DNA of 64,000 nucleotides from an uncultured Bacilli bacterium (GCA_963544395.1 CAUUFA010000005.1:7499-71498), one strand, 5' to 3'; positions 29,659 through 39,512 are shown, counted from the stretch's first letter. Numbers and translations: made by a program. Notes: generated by a model from the letters alone, not told the origin.

Positions 29659-30470
29659 TCTGGAAATGGCTGAGAGTCATACCGCAGCTCTTGCCGATGC
29701 TGCTGTTGCAGTATCCTTTCTATCGGCACAGAAGCCGACATCCTGAGCGGCATGAACCCAAGGACGATTTCGCTTATTTCAAGCCGCTGACGGAGAAGTT
29801 TGCCCGCAGACTTCGCTGCTCCTACATCATCCAGGGAAAAGAGAACCTCCCGGAAGGACAGGGCTTTTTTGTCGCTAATCACGTCTCTCTGATCGACCCG
29901 ATCATCGTCTATGCGGTAAGCGACAGGCCCTTGGCTTTCGTGGCCAAGAAGCAGATTCGGAAGATTCCTCTCTTCGGCAAAGCCTGTTTGGCGATGAAAT
30001 GTGAGTTTTTGGACCGTGAGGATCTGCGAAGCGAGATCAAAACCTTCCACGCTGTCGATGAGAAGCTTGCTCAGTATCCAGAGCTCAGCTATTTTGTCTT
30101 CCCGGAAGGGACGAGATCGGTCGGACCGGAATTCCCGTTGGCGAAGTTCCATGCTGGCACCTTCAAGATCGCGGTGCGACGTGCGCTTCCGATCGTGCCG
30201 ATGGCGATGTGGCTTTCGGAGCGCTGCCTTGACCACCGCTACCACTATCATCATTATCCCATTCAGATCACCTATCTGAAGCCGATTCTTCCGGAAACTT
30301 ATCAGACGATGACCAATGCGGAGATCGCCGCTTTGGCCCAGTCGGAGATTGATGAGGAACTCAAGCGGATGAAGGAAAAAGACCGTGAGCTTGTGAAATC
30401 CCTCAATCATTACTCCGATAAGAAGACCGATAAAGTTCTCTTCCACCACCATTACAAGAGCAAAGGTTAA
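29655..30470 (+). CDS. plsC: 1-acyl-sn-glycerol-3-phosphate acyltransferase
   Basis: 271 aa. Acyltransferase motifs NHVSLIDP (HX4D) and FPEGTRS. Overlaps pulA by 4 nt. Confidence 0.8.
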   Translation: MIWKWLRVIPQLLPMLLLQYPFYRHRSRHPERHEPKDDFAYFKPLTEKFARRLRCSYIIQGKENLPEGQGFFVANHVSLIDPIIVYAVSDRPLAFVAKKQIRKIPLFGKACLAMKCEFLDREDLRSEIKTFHAVDEKLAQYPELSYFVFPEGTRSVGPEFPLAKFHAGTFKIAVRRALPIVPMAMWLSERCLDHRYHYHHYPIQITYLKPILPETYQTMTNAEIAALAQSEIDEELKRMKEKDRELVKSLNHYSDKKTDKVLFHHHYKSKG

Positions 30471-30677
30471 CGTCAAAAGAGCGCTTCTTCTCTTCCTTTT
30501 CCGAGAAGAAAAGGCGGAGCGTTCTTTTTTTCTATATAAGATAAATATTTATCTATTTATATTCTGAGGAACGGAAAATCCGCCCATTTTTAGATATGTA
30601 GCAACCAACAGAGTAAAGTTGAAGTTGTTTCCAGTTTCTTTCGAACGTAATTCAAGGTAGATTTATTTCATCTTTTG

Positions 30678-30706
30678 TTGTATTGATCCCGTTTCATGTT
30701 TATAAT
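30678..30706 (+). promoter_or_regulatory. Sigma-A-type promoter for the jetABC-like operon
   Basis: TTGTAT (30678-30683), 17 nt spacer, TATAAT (30701-30706). RBS AAGGAAAAGGG 9-10 nt before the TTG start at 30745. Confidence 0.4.
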
Positions 30707-30744
30707 TCTATTAGTGTTTCTTCGAAGGAAAAGGGTAACTCAAA

Positions 30745-32229
30745 TTGAACCGTTTATTTGATAAAATCCCGGAGGAGCTCTTCTCACCGCTCTCCCGGAA
30801 ATACAAATCCGTCTACGCCTTTGCCTTAGTCTCTCTGTACCACATGCTGAAAATGTACAAGACTGACATCAGAAAAGCCGATTATGTGGCACTTCTGAGA
30901 GGTCAGGGTCAGGAGATGATGACTCTTTTCAGCATCGAGACGGACCGGCTTGACGATAAGGATGACGAGGAGATGATCGAGGCGGAGAAGACGGAGAGCA
31001 CCGAGGATGTCGGTGCACTTTTGGGCGCCAAGGTCAATTACATCGTCAGGAAACTCGCCAAGTGCGGATGGTATATCATCTCCCGGGATCCGAAAAGCAA
31101 CATCGAGTACATTTATATCCCCGCCTATTCCATTCAGCTGCTCAAGCTTATCAACGAGCTTACGTCGGATACCGGAAGCTATCTGCCTCTCGTCCATCAG
31201 ACCTATGCCGAGCTCAAGATGGAGGACGAGAAGGAAGACGATTATATGTTCCGATCTCTGATGAACGCCAAGCAGAACGCAGACACCTTGGAGATGTCCG
31301 TCACGTTGCTCCGTCAGCAGATCTGTGTCTTCGGAAACAAGCTGACGCATGTCCTTGATCCGAACCAGGCTTTAAAACAGCACTTTGACGGATATCGCGT
31401 CGACATCTCGGAAAAGTATTATCACCCGATGAAGACGTTCGATTCTCTGGGCCTTTATGCCCAGCCGACGATCCGCATCCTCAACCGCTGGATCAAGAGC
31501 GAACGCATCATCTCCCTCTTGGTCAAAGAGGCGAAGACGGAACCTTTATATCAGGGCAAAGAAGAGAGCGAGCTCGTCGGCTTCATCATCCGGCGCATCC
31601 AGGATATCATAGACATCTTCTCGCGTCTTTCCTCTGCCTTCAACGAGATCGATAAAGCGAATGCGGATTACACCGAAGCCGTGCAGAAGAAGGTCAATTA
31701 CCTCTCTTCTTCCGATCGCACCGTCAAAGGCAAGGTCGATAAGATCATCCTCTCTCTGGCGACGGAGATCAAAAACAATCCGGCGCTTCGGTATGAGGAA
31801 CTTCCTCTGCTTGGCCGTGCCAACGAGACCCTCGGCTTATACTGCCAAGGCTATCTCGACTCTTTCTCTCTGACCATGCCTTTCCGCCGGAAGCAGATCT
31901 TTGCTTCCGATCCTCTGCCACTCGATGACGATCTGTTTCCGGATGAAGCGGCGGATATGATGAACAGCATCATCGATTCTGAGCTCAACCGCTTCTCCGA
32001 TAGCGCCATCTCGGAATATATCGACCAGAATATGGGAGAGAAGGACCGGATGCTATCTAACGAGATGCAGGTCCTGAATACGGATCAGCTGGTTCTTTTG
32101 ATTCTCGGCATCCTCAAAGCGGTGTTAGGTCTGATTCCTTATCGGGCTCAGAAGCTTGAAGACCGCATCGAATATGCCGGTTACTACATGCCGCTTTATG
32201 AATTCACCAGAAAGAAAGGAGCAAGGTAA
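30745..32229 (+). CDS. jetA: Wadjet JetA / MksF-like kleisin subunit (DUF3375-like), first gene of the 3-gene operon
   Basis: 494 aa, TTG start. Called from size, position and tight coupling to the next two genes (jetA stop overlaps the jetB start: TAATG). No motif certainty. Confidence 0.5.
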   Translation: MNRLFDKIPEELFSPLSRKYKSVYAFALVSLYHMLKMYKTDIRKADYVALLRGQGQEMMTLFSIETDRLDDKDDEEMIEAEKTESTEDVGALLGAKVNYIVRKLAKCGWYIISRDPKSNIEYIYIPAYSIQLLKLINELTSDTGSYLPLVHQTYAELKMEDEKEDDYMFRSLMNAKQNADTLEMSVTLLRQQICVFGNKLTHVLDPNQALKQHFDGYRVDISEKYYHPMKTFDSLGLYAQPTIRILNRWIKSERIISLLVKEAKTEPLYQGKEESELVGFIIRRIQDIIDIFSRLSSAFNEIDKANADYTEAVQKKVNYLSSSDRTVKGKVDKIILSLATEIKNNPALRYEELPLLGRANETLGLYCQGYLDSFSLTMPFRRKQIFASDPLPLDDDLFPDEAADMMNSIIDSELNRFSDSAISEYIDQNMGEKDRMLSNEMQVLNTDQLVLLILGILKAVLGLIPYRAQKLEDRIEYAGYYMPLYEFTRKKGAR

Positions 32230-32945
32230 TGTTCCAGGAAGAAATTGAAAAAATGAGTCGCTCGGACCGTGCGATCTTCTCCGAGACGGTCAACAATCTT
32301 CTCTATCATTGCTTCATCACGAGGAAAATCTACGACCGGAAATCCCATATGTTCAAGGCGAATCCGGATTATCTTTTCCTGGAGAGGTATTTCTCGGTCT
32401 TCGAGGATTATCTTTCCTATATGGAGATGCAGCTCTCCCAGAATGAGGAAGACGGCGTCATCTTCGTCACCAGCGGAGCTGAGCGGAATCACTTCCGCGT
32501 CGATCCGACCACGACCTTGATCGTCTTCGCTCTCCGCTCCTACTACGAGGGGCAGGTGGAGAAAGTTCCTGAGGAATCCGAAGTCATGATGACTTCCGGT
32601 CAGCTCAACGCTTTGGTTCAGGATCTAGGCTTATCCAACATCTCCAAGCGCCTTTCTGCTACCACGATCTCCTCGGTTCTGCACACGCTCGATGGCTTCA
32701 ACATCGTCACGAGAGCCAATGGCACCTACTCGGATCCGACTTATTCCTTCTTCATCCTGCCGACGATCCGCTTCGTCATCTCTTCGGAGAAGCTCAATGC
32801 CCTCTACGCTTTCTTGACCAAGCCGGAAGAGGATGAAGAGTCCTCTTTCCTCAGCCCTTCTTTCCGGGCTGAGAATGATGACGAGAGTGAAAAAGAAGAA
32901 CCTGCACAAGGCGACGATATCCCGTTTGAGGGAGGGAATGACTGA
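32229..32945 (+). CDS. jetB: Wadjet JetB / MksE-like subunit (DUF4194-like)
   Basis: 238 aa with an acidic C-terminus. Overlapping stop/start with jetA and jetC. Size matches MksE/JetB. Confidence 0.5.
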   Translation: MFQEEIEKMSRSDRAIFSETVNNLLYHCFITRKIYDRKSHMFKANPDYLFLERYFSVFEDYLSYMEMQLSQNEEDGVIFVTSGAERNHFRVDPTTTLIVFALRSYYEGQVEKVPEESEVMMTSGQLNALVQDLGLSNISKRLSATTISSVLHTLDGFNIVTRANGTYSDPTYSFFILPTIRFVISSEKLNALYAFLTKPEEDEESSFLSPSFRAENDDESEKEEPAQGDDIPFEGGND

Positions 32946-35900
32946 TGAAATCACTACAGAGACTCAGACTCATCAACTGGCACTACTTTTCCAACACCAC
33001 GACGGAAATCAAGAATATCTCCTTCCTAACGGGTCCTAACGGCACCGGAAAATCGACCATCATCGATGCGCTTCAGGTCATCATCTTAGGTACGACAAGA
33101 CCGGAGAACTTCAACAAGGCCGCCAATGAAAAAGGCCGCACGGGACGAAACCTTCTCTCTTACCTCCGCGGTCAGACCGGCATCGGACCCGATGGCAAGG
33201 CCCTGGTTTTAAGAAACGGAACCTTCACCTCTTATGTCGCCATCGAACTTTTCGATGATGTCAGCTCCTCGACGATCACCCTAGGCGCTGTCTTCGATGT
33301 CGATGATGCCGATAAGATCGACAAACATTACTTCTATCTCGATTCGCCTTTCCCGGAGAACGGATTCACAGATTCCGATACTCAGAAGGCCAAGAGCAAG
33401 GTCCTGCCGATGCGGTACCGAGATCTCTCCGCCTGGGCCAGAAGCACTTATGGCAGCTCTCGCTACCGCTTCTTCGATACCGATACTGATTATCAGTCCT
33501 TCATCAAGGAAGTCTATGGAAACCTTCCGGACAAGTATTTTTCTTTGTTCAAGAAGGCGGTTTCCTTCTCGCCGATCTCCAACATCTCCTCTTTCATCAC
33601 GGAGTATATCTGCGACGCCGATCTGAATGTCGACATCACCCCGATGCAGAAGAACATCGAGCAGTATAAGATCCTCGAGACGGAAGCCAAGAACCTTCGG
33701 AACAAAGTCGAGGCTCTCACCGCGATCCACAGCGCCTATGAAGAGATGTCCGGCTTCGACCGCCAGATCAACATGCTCAACTATGTCAACGCCCGCGTCT
33801 CCTACGAGGAAGCCAAGAAGAAGCTGGATGTCTTCCAGGAGCGATTAGCCAAGGACAACGAGAGACTTGCCTACATCGGCGATTCAATCGCCAAGGCGGA
33901 TTCTCAGCTGGAGGACCTCCGCTCGGATTACAACTCCTACAATGCCAAGCGGCTGCAGTCGGATAAATATTCTCTGACCGAGAAGCTGTCGATGAAGAAG
34001 GACGATATCACCAGACAGATCTCCTCGATTCAGATGCAGGTCAGCAACGTGATCACCTCTCTCAACGGCTATGCGGATTCCTATCTCAGAGTAACGAACA
34101 GCTTCTACAATTATTACAAGGACTTTGATGCCGATAAGCTCGGCGAGGATGTCAAAGACGACTTCGATCATCTCCTTGAGCTCGTCTCCGATGTCGGCAG
34201 AGAAGCTAAGGCTATCTTAGACAGCATCGACCAGAACAACATCGATCTCTCCGAAGTCCATGCCTTCCGCAACGACATGGAAACTTTGCGCAACGATGCC
34301 CTCTCTCTGAAGACTCTGCTCAACAACGGATTCTACCGGGTCTCGGAACAGTTGCAGAGCTTGCAGAACGATCTGATGAACGTCTCCAACGGCAAGAAGC
34401 CTTTCGATAAGCTCGGACCGGTCTATCTCACCATCAAGAAGGATCTCGAGACCGCACTTCAGGCCCGCCATTCCGACGCTTATGTCCACATCTTCTGCGA
34501 CCTTGTCGATGTCAACGATCCTGAGTGGCAGATGGCTTTGGAAGCCGTCATCTTCTCACAGAAGTTCAACTTCTTTGTCAATCCCCGCTATTACATCGAA
34601 GCCAACCGCATCCTCAAGGAACTCACGGATTCCTATCACTATTACCGTGTCTCCATCGTCGATAGCGAAAAACTTTTAAACAGCGACATCCGATCGGATG
34701 AAGGCTCTTTGGCCGATCTCATCGACACTAAGGATGAGGGGGCGAGAGCCTACAGCGACTACCTTCTTGGCCGCATCCGGAAGTGCCGCACCTTCGAGGA
34801 AGCCAGAGATTCCGGATCCGGTCTTCTCTCCGATTGCACGGGCTATCGTGGATTCGCTACCTGGTATCTCAACAAAGCCAACGCCAGAACGTTTTACCTC
34901 GGAACTTCCGTTTCCAATAGCACCAAAGCTACCTCTTCTGCCGATTATCAGGAGATGAACAAGCGCTATTCCCTCTATTCGGAAGCCATCAACAAGATCT
35001 CCGACCTGCTCACCTTGCCGGTCATGTCTGATAATGAACTTGGAACCTATCAGTCGGATATCGACAGGACCAACGCCATCCCCGATCTGCAGAAGCAGAT
35101 CTCCGATCTCGACAGCCAGATGAAGGCGGTCGCCACCGGCGATATGACGGCGATCGATCAGAAGATAGCAGAGATCAACGCCAGCATCAAGACGATCTCG
35201 GAAGATCGGAACAACCTGCTCACCGAGCGCGGTCAGCTTTTAGCGGACACGCAGCGCCTCAACGGTGAGGACATCCCGACGGCCACCAAGACCGCCGAGG
35301 ATCTCCGTCGTCAGCTTGTCAGTTATGATGAGACCCTCGTCAACGAGCAGTATGAGCCATTCTTCGAGAAGCTGCTCGATGAACAGCATCTGACTTTGGC
35401 TCAGATCCGCAACGAAGGCTATCGTGAATTCATTCAGGCTCAGGCCAAGCAGTCTAAGGCAAAGAACATGCTCCTCAAGCTCCGCGGCGATTACTGCGCC
35501 CAGAACTCGGTCAGCTACGATGCCCAGAACTTGCAGTCCAACGCGGAATTTGACCAGGAGCTCGACAAGATCTCTAAAGTCATGCTGCCGGATTATGAGC
35601 AGAAGATCTCCAAGGCTCACGAGGATTCTATCCGCGAGTTCAAGGATGATTTCATCTATAAACTCAGAACCGCTATCGAGACGGTTCAGGCTCAGATTGT
35701 CGATCTCAACCATGCGCTTGAGGACTCCCACTTCGGCCGTGACTCCTATCAGTTCAAGGTCGCGCCCAACAAGGACTACCTCGAATACTACAACATGATC
35801 ATGGATCCGTTTCTTCTCAGGAGCGGTGACGCCGAGTCTCTCTTCATGGAGAAGTACAGGACTACGATGGATGATCTCTTCAATCTCATCTCTTCCTCCA

Positions 35901-36454
35901 CCTCCGCCAGCGGTGAGCAGAAGGAGCAGATCTTGCGCAACGTCGCCCTCTTCACCACCTATACGACCTACATCGTCTTCGACCTTCTCGTCACCAGAGG
36001 CGAGGGTGAGAACAAGAACACCATCTCGTTGGGACGTTCGTTCACCTCGCAGTCCGGCGGTGAGACGCAGACGCCGTTCTACATCGCCATCCTCGCTTCC
36101 TTCGCTCAGCTCTGCCGTGTCAACAATGCCAAGGATAACAACACCCTCCGTCTGGTCATCTTTGATGAAGCTTTCTCCAAGATGGACAGCGCAAGAATCA
36201 TGAAGGCGACCGATCTGCTTCGGAACTTCGGCCTGCAGGCGATTCTCTCTACTCCGAGCGAAAAGCTGCGTGACCTTGTCTCCTACGTCGATCTGATCTT
36301 GGTCACGATGCACGACGATAAGCGGAAACGCTCTTATCTGGATGTTTATCTCGATAAGAACAAGGATCGTCAGGGGACTCCTTCTGAGCCGAGCGTTGAG
36401 CCGGAAGAAGAGGCGGAAGCTCCGGAGATAGCATCACCGGAGATAGAAGCCTGA
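32945..36454 (+). CDS. jetC: SMC/MukB-like ATPase JetC / MksB (N-terminal Walker A head, long coiled coil, C-terminal signature and Walker B head)
   Basis: 1169 aa. N-terminus LRLINWHYF...FLTGPNGTGKSTIIDAL is MukB-like (compare LTLINWNGFF...GGNGAGKST). C-terminal QSGGE signature (36050-36064) and LVIFDEAF Walker B (36152-36175). Long helical middle. Confidence 0.8.
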   Translation: MKSLQRLRLINWHYFSNTTTEIKNISFLTGPNGTGKSTIIDALQVIILGTTRPENFNKAANEKGRTGRNLLSYLRGQTGIGPDGKALVLRNGTFTSYVAIELFDDVSSSTITLGAVFDVDDADKIDKHYFYLDSPFPENGFTDSDTQKAKSKVLPMRYRDLSAWARSTYGSSRYRFFDTDTDYQSFIKEVYGNLPDKYFSLFKKAVSFSPISNISSFITEYICDADLNVDITPMQKNIEQYKILETEAKNLRNKVEALTAIHSAYEEMSGFDRQINMLNYVNARVSYEEAKKKLDVFQERLAKDNERLAYIGDSIAKADSQLEDLRSDYNSYNAKRLQSDKYSLTEKLSMKKDDITRQISSIQMQVSNVITSLNGYADSYLRVTNSFYNYYKDFDADKLGEDVKDDFDHLLELVSDVGREAKAILDSIDQNNIDLSEVHAFRNDMETLRNDALSLKTLLNNGFYRVSEQLQSLQNDLMNVSNGKKPFDKLGPVYLTIKKDLETALQARHSDAYVHIFCDLVDVNDPEWQMALEAVIFSQKFNFFVNPRYYIEANRILKELTDSYHYYRVSIVDSEKLLNSDIRSDEGSLADLIDTKDEGARAYSDYLLGRIRKCRTFEEARDSGSGLLSDCTGYRGFATWYLNKANARTFYLGTSVSNSTKATSSADYQEMNKRYSLYSEAINKISDLLTLPVMSDNELGTYQSDIDRTNAIPDLQKQISDLDSQMKAVATGDMTAIDQKIAEINASIKTISEDRNNLLTERGQLLADTQRLNGEDIPTATKTAEDLRRQLVSYDETLVNEQYEPFFEKLLDEQHLTLAQIRNEGYREFIQAQAKQSKAKNMLLKLRGDYCAQNSVSYDAQNLQSNAEFDQELDKISKVMLPDYEQKISKAHEDSIREFKDDFIYKLRTAIETVQAQIVDLNHALEDSHFGRDSYQFKVAPNKDYLEYYNMIMDPFLLRSGDAESLFMEKYRTTMDDLFNLISSSTSASGEQKEQILRNVALFTTYTTYIVFDLLVTRGEGENKNTISLGRSFTSQSGGETQTPFYIAILASFAQLCRVNNAKDNNTLRLVIFDEAFSKMDSARIMKATDLLRNFGLQAILSTPSEKLRDLVSYVDLILVTMHDDKRKRSYLDVYLDKNKDRQGTPSEPSVEPEEEAEAPEIASPEIEA

Positions 36455-36477
36455 GCTAAGACCGTTTTCATCGTTCA

Positions 36478-36515
36478 AAAAATCCCTCGCACCTAGTCAT
36501 GCGGGGGATTTTACG
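36478..36515 (+). terminator. Rho-independent terminator after jetC
   Basis: aaatccctcgc (36480-36490) / gcgggggattt (36501-36511), 11 bp stem with one G-U pair and a 10 nt loop, followed by a T-rich tail. Confidence 0.55.
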
Positions 36516-36540
36516 TTTCCGGGATGTGCCACTCCGATCA

Positions 36541-37115
36541 GAACGTTTCGGGATAGAGTCCTTCTCTCAGGGTGAAATCCTCGGGTTTTACGGCGCTGTA
36601 ATAGGTAGAAAAAACTGCATCGAAGGAAGCGAGTACCTTCTCATCCGAGGTCTGGTAATACCACTGAGATTCATACTCGCCCTTTTTGTTTTTCTCGAAG
36701 ACGATGGATTGTAACAGTTTCGTGTTTATGCTCAGGTACTCGACCTCTCCTTTATAGCTTCTTAAAAAAGTACGAAGGAGGTGTTTTTCAGCGATAGCTT
36801 CACGACCTGGTAATACCCGCCGTGGATCTTGACCCCGTCATGACCGACGACGCTGAAGCCTTTTTCGTTGGAACGGTATTTCTGCTTGGCAAAAGGAGCA
36901 AACGACTTGATGGCAGCTTCAAGTGATTCGCTTTTGATCACTGAGGCGCTGTAGGCATAGCGATAGCAAGGGGCGAATTCCGGATCAGGAATGGCGTTGC
37001 CGACGGAGACGGATTCTACCATCTTGCTGAAATTGAACGACTTGTGGGTGACATAGGTGCAGGAGGTGAGGCAGAGGAATAGCGGTAAAACGACAAGTGA
37101 TCTCTTCTTGTTCAT
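36541..37115 (-). CDS. Lipoprotein gene. Annotated ORF 36762-37115 (117 aa). A +1 frame stays open for a further 73 codons beyond an A6/T6 tract, so this may be a frameshifted roughly 190 aa gene
   Basis: Signal peptide with lipobox LTSC. The stop at 36762-36764 directly abuts a homopolymer (plus-strand A6 at 36764-36769). The downstream frame has no stop until 36541. Confidence 0.45.
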
Positions 37116-37124
37116 GGTTTACTC

Positions 37125-38155
37125 CTAATTATAAACGACATAAGTAAATCTAATCAGATGCCAGTCTGGATTATTTGAATCTTCTGAAGAAAACGAATTA
37201 TTAACCGGATCCATACGTGTCATCACAATCCCTGGTTCTGTGGAATAGCTGCTTCGGCATTCAATGTAGGATACACCTCTTTCATTCGTATGATAGCCAA
37301 ATCCCAGCATATAATGACCATCGAACATATTCGGATCTTCATGGACAATTCCTACCTGACAATTGTTTAAGAGCCATGTGATGGAAGAAAAGTCATTTGT
37401 AAATGAAACTTTTATGTTTGGAACCCCGGCTTTTAATATGTAAGCCCCGATTTTCTGAATTCCGGTATAAGTTGTTGTCGGCTCTCCATTAAAAGGGTTT
37501 GTGATGACAATATCATTTGCTATTTCGTTAATATGGTAGTTGATTAATGCACGATCGTCATCGTGTTTTAATGGCAATTCCCCCGGAAACAATCTTGATA
37601 ATATCGAACTATACCTATCGTAGTATGAAAGGTATTCTAAGACAGAAGTGGGACCGCAATAGGCGTCATGGATTTTACCGTAATCGCTTTGATAATAATC
37701 TTGATAATATTCTGGAACAGACGAAATTGTCCCCCAAGAGCTACCATACATTGTCCAATAATTCAGTGTAATGTTGGATATTGGAAAAATTCCGGTGTCG
37801 GTGAATCCATCTGGTGGCGCAGTATGGCGGACGCTTTTTTGTTTTCAGCGTAATGACGTGTTCTTACATTGACATCTTCATGATAGAAGGTTACTTTTAC
37901 TACACCTTTTTCATCATATTCTGCGTCACCTTCGATTTTCCCGTTCTTCAACAAATAAACACAATTACAATTCTATGGCGTTGTTTTTCTGAATCTATCG
38001 CCAATCTGATAACCCGGGTATTCAAAAAAGATGCTTTGAAGATCCGAACACAAATAGCGTTCCGAGTTTGAAAATTGACTTGGAATAGATTTGGCAAATA
38101 GAGATGAGATAACTCCTAGTAAGGAAAAAAATTCATTACCTTTTGCTCCTTCCAT
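37125..38155 (-). pseudogene. Disrupted gene for a secreted C39-like (papain-fold) cysteine peptidase. Three ORF pieces are separated by an in-frame TAG (37973-37975) and by a frame change near a T6/A6 tract (37835-37840)
   Basis: ORFs 37973-38155 and 37763-37954 share one frame across a single TAG. ORF 37125-37751 (208 aa, contains a CGPTS-type Cys context like Peptidase_C39_2) is open upstream to 37844 in another frame. Low-GC region. Confidence 0.4.
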
Positions 38156-38385
38156 AATACTTTAACTCTCTGCTACATATTATTGTATCGCATTTAGCAA
38201 AAACAATTCAAAATCATATTTTTTAAATTGCTGTTTGCTAGTTCTGGCGAGTTAAAAAAAGAGAGCAATTAATCCCCAAATCCGATAATCGAAAAAGCCA
38301 AAAATTAGTGAGAAAGCTAACTTTCGTTTAGACATTTGGATTATAATCTATATATCTGAACAAAGGTCCAGGAGGAATGAATGCT

Positions 38386-39498
38386 ATGAAACAGGAATTA
38401 GTCGCCCTGATCTTGGCTGGTGGCAGAGGCACGCGTCTGAAAGCCCTGACTGCCAAGATCGCAAAGCCTGCCGTCTTTTTCGGTGGCAAGTACCGCATCA
38501 TCGATTTTCCGCTCTCGAACTGTGCGAACTCTAGTATCCATGCTGTCGGTGTCGCGACGCAATATGAGTCGACGATCCTTAACAACTACATCGGTACTGG
38601 TCGTAACTGGGGTCTGAACGGAACCGGAGATCTCACCTCCATTCTTCCTCCCAGAGAGACGCCGAAAGGTGCCAGCTGGTATGCCGGAACCGCCGATGCG
38701 GTCTATCAGAACATCGATTGGCTGGACTCCACGCACTGTGAATATGTCGTCATTCTTTCTGGCGATCACATCTACAAGATGGATTATTCCGATATGCTGG
38801 CTTTCCATAAGAAGAACGCAGCCGATGTCTCTATCGCCTGCATCAAGGTTCCGATGTCGGAAGCGTCCCGCTTCGGCATCGTCGTGGCTGATTCCGAAAA
38901 CCGCATCAACGAGTTCCAGGAGAAGCCGAAACAGCCGAAATCCGATTACGCCTCTATGGGTATTTATATCTTTACGTACGCTCTGCTTCGCGAAGCTTTG
39001 ATCACGGATGCAGCTGACAAGAAGTCCGATCATGACTTCGGCAAGAACATTCTTCCGAAGATGCTCAATGACGGACAGAGGCTTTTTGCTTATCCGTTCC
39101 ATGGCTATTGGAAGGATGTCGGCACCGTTCAGTCGCTCTGGCAGGCCAATATGGACCTTCTGGATCCTGACTGCGAGCTGAAGCTTTTCTCGCCGGAATT
39201 TAAGATTTATTCCGCGGATACAGCCTCGAAGCCACAGCGCATCTCTAGCACGGCGAAGATCGACAACGCTGTCGTCAACCAAGGCGCTATTATCAAAGGT
39301 CATGTCGTCCACTCTGTCATCTGCAACGAAGCGGTGATCGAAGAGGGGGCCGAGGTCATCAATGCCGTCCTCTTGCCTAGCGCCCACATCGAGAAAGGCG
39401 TCCGGGTAGAGAATGCTATCATCGGCGCCAAGGAGATCGTCAGCAAGGATGTCGTCGGAGATATCGATGATGTCGCTCTCTTTGCGACGGGAGAATAA
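38386..39498 (+). CDS. glgC: Glucose-1-phosphate adenylyltransferase
   Basis: ALILAGGRGTRL, KPAVFFGGKYRIIDFPLSNCANS. ORF begins at 38377, but the ATG at 38386 has better spacing to GGAGG (38371-38375). -10 TATAAT at 38342-38347. Confidence 0.88.
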   Translation: MKQELVALILAGGRGTRLKALTAKIAKPAVFFGGKYRIIDFPLSNCANSSIHAVGVATQYESTILNNYIGTGRNWGLNGTGDLTSILPPRETPKGASWYAGTADAVYQNIDWLDSTHCEYVVILSGDHIYKMDYSDMLAFHKKNAADVSIACIKVPMSEASRFGIVVADSENRINEFQEKPKQPKSDYASMGIYIFTYALLREALITDAADKKSDHDFGKNILPKMLNDGQRLFAYPFHGYWKDVGTVQSLWQANMDLLDPDCELKLFSPEFKIYSADTASKPQRISSTAKIDNAVVNQGAIIKGHVVHSVICNEAVIEEGAEVINAVLLPSAHIEKGVRVENAIIGAKEIVSKDVVGDIDDVALFATGE

Positions 39499-39512
39499 GG
39501 AGGAAAAGGAAA

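Noticed and set aside
36499-36714. 71 aa plus-strand ORF downstream of the jetC terminator, considered as a possible jetD remnant.
   Set aside because: It starts inside or after the terminator hairpin and has no Toprim-like acidic motifs. The opposite strand carries the open continuation of the lipoprotein frame, which explains the sequence better.
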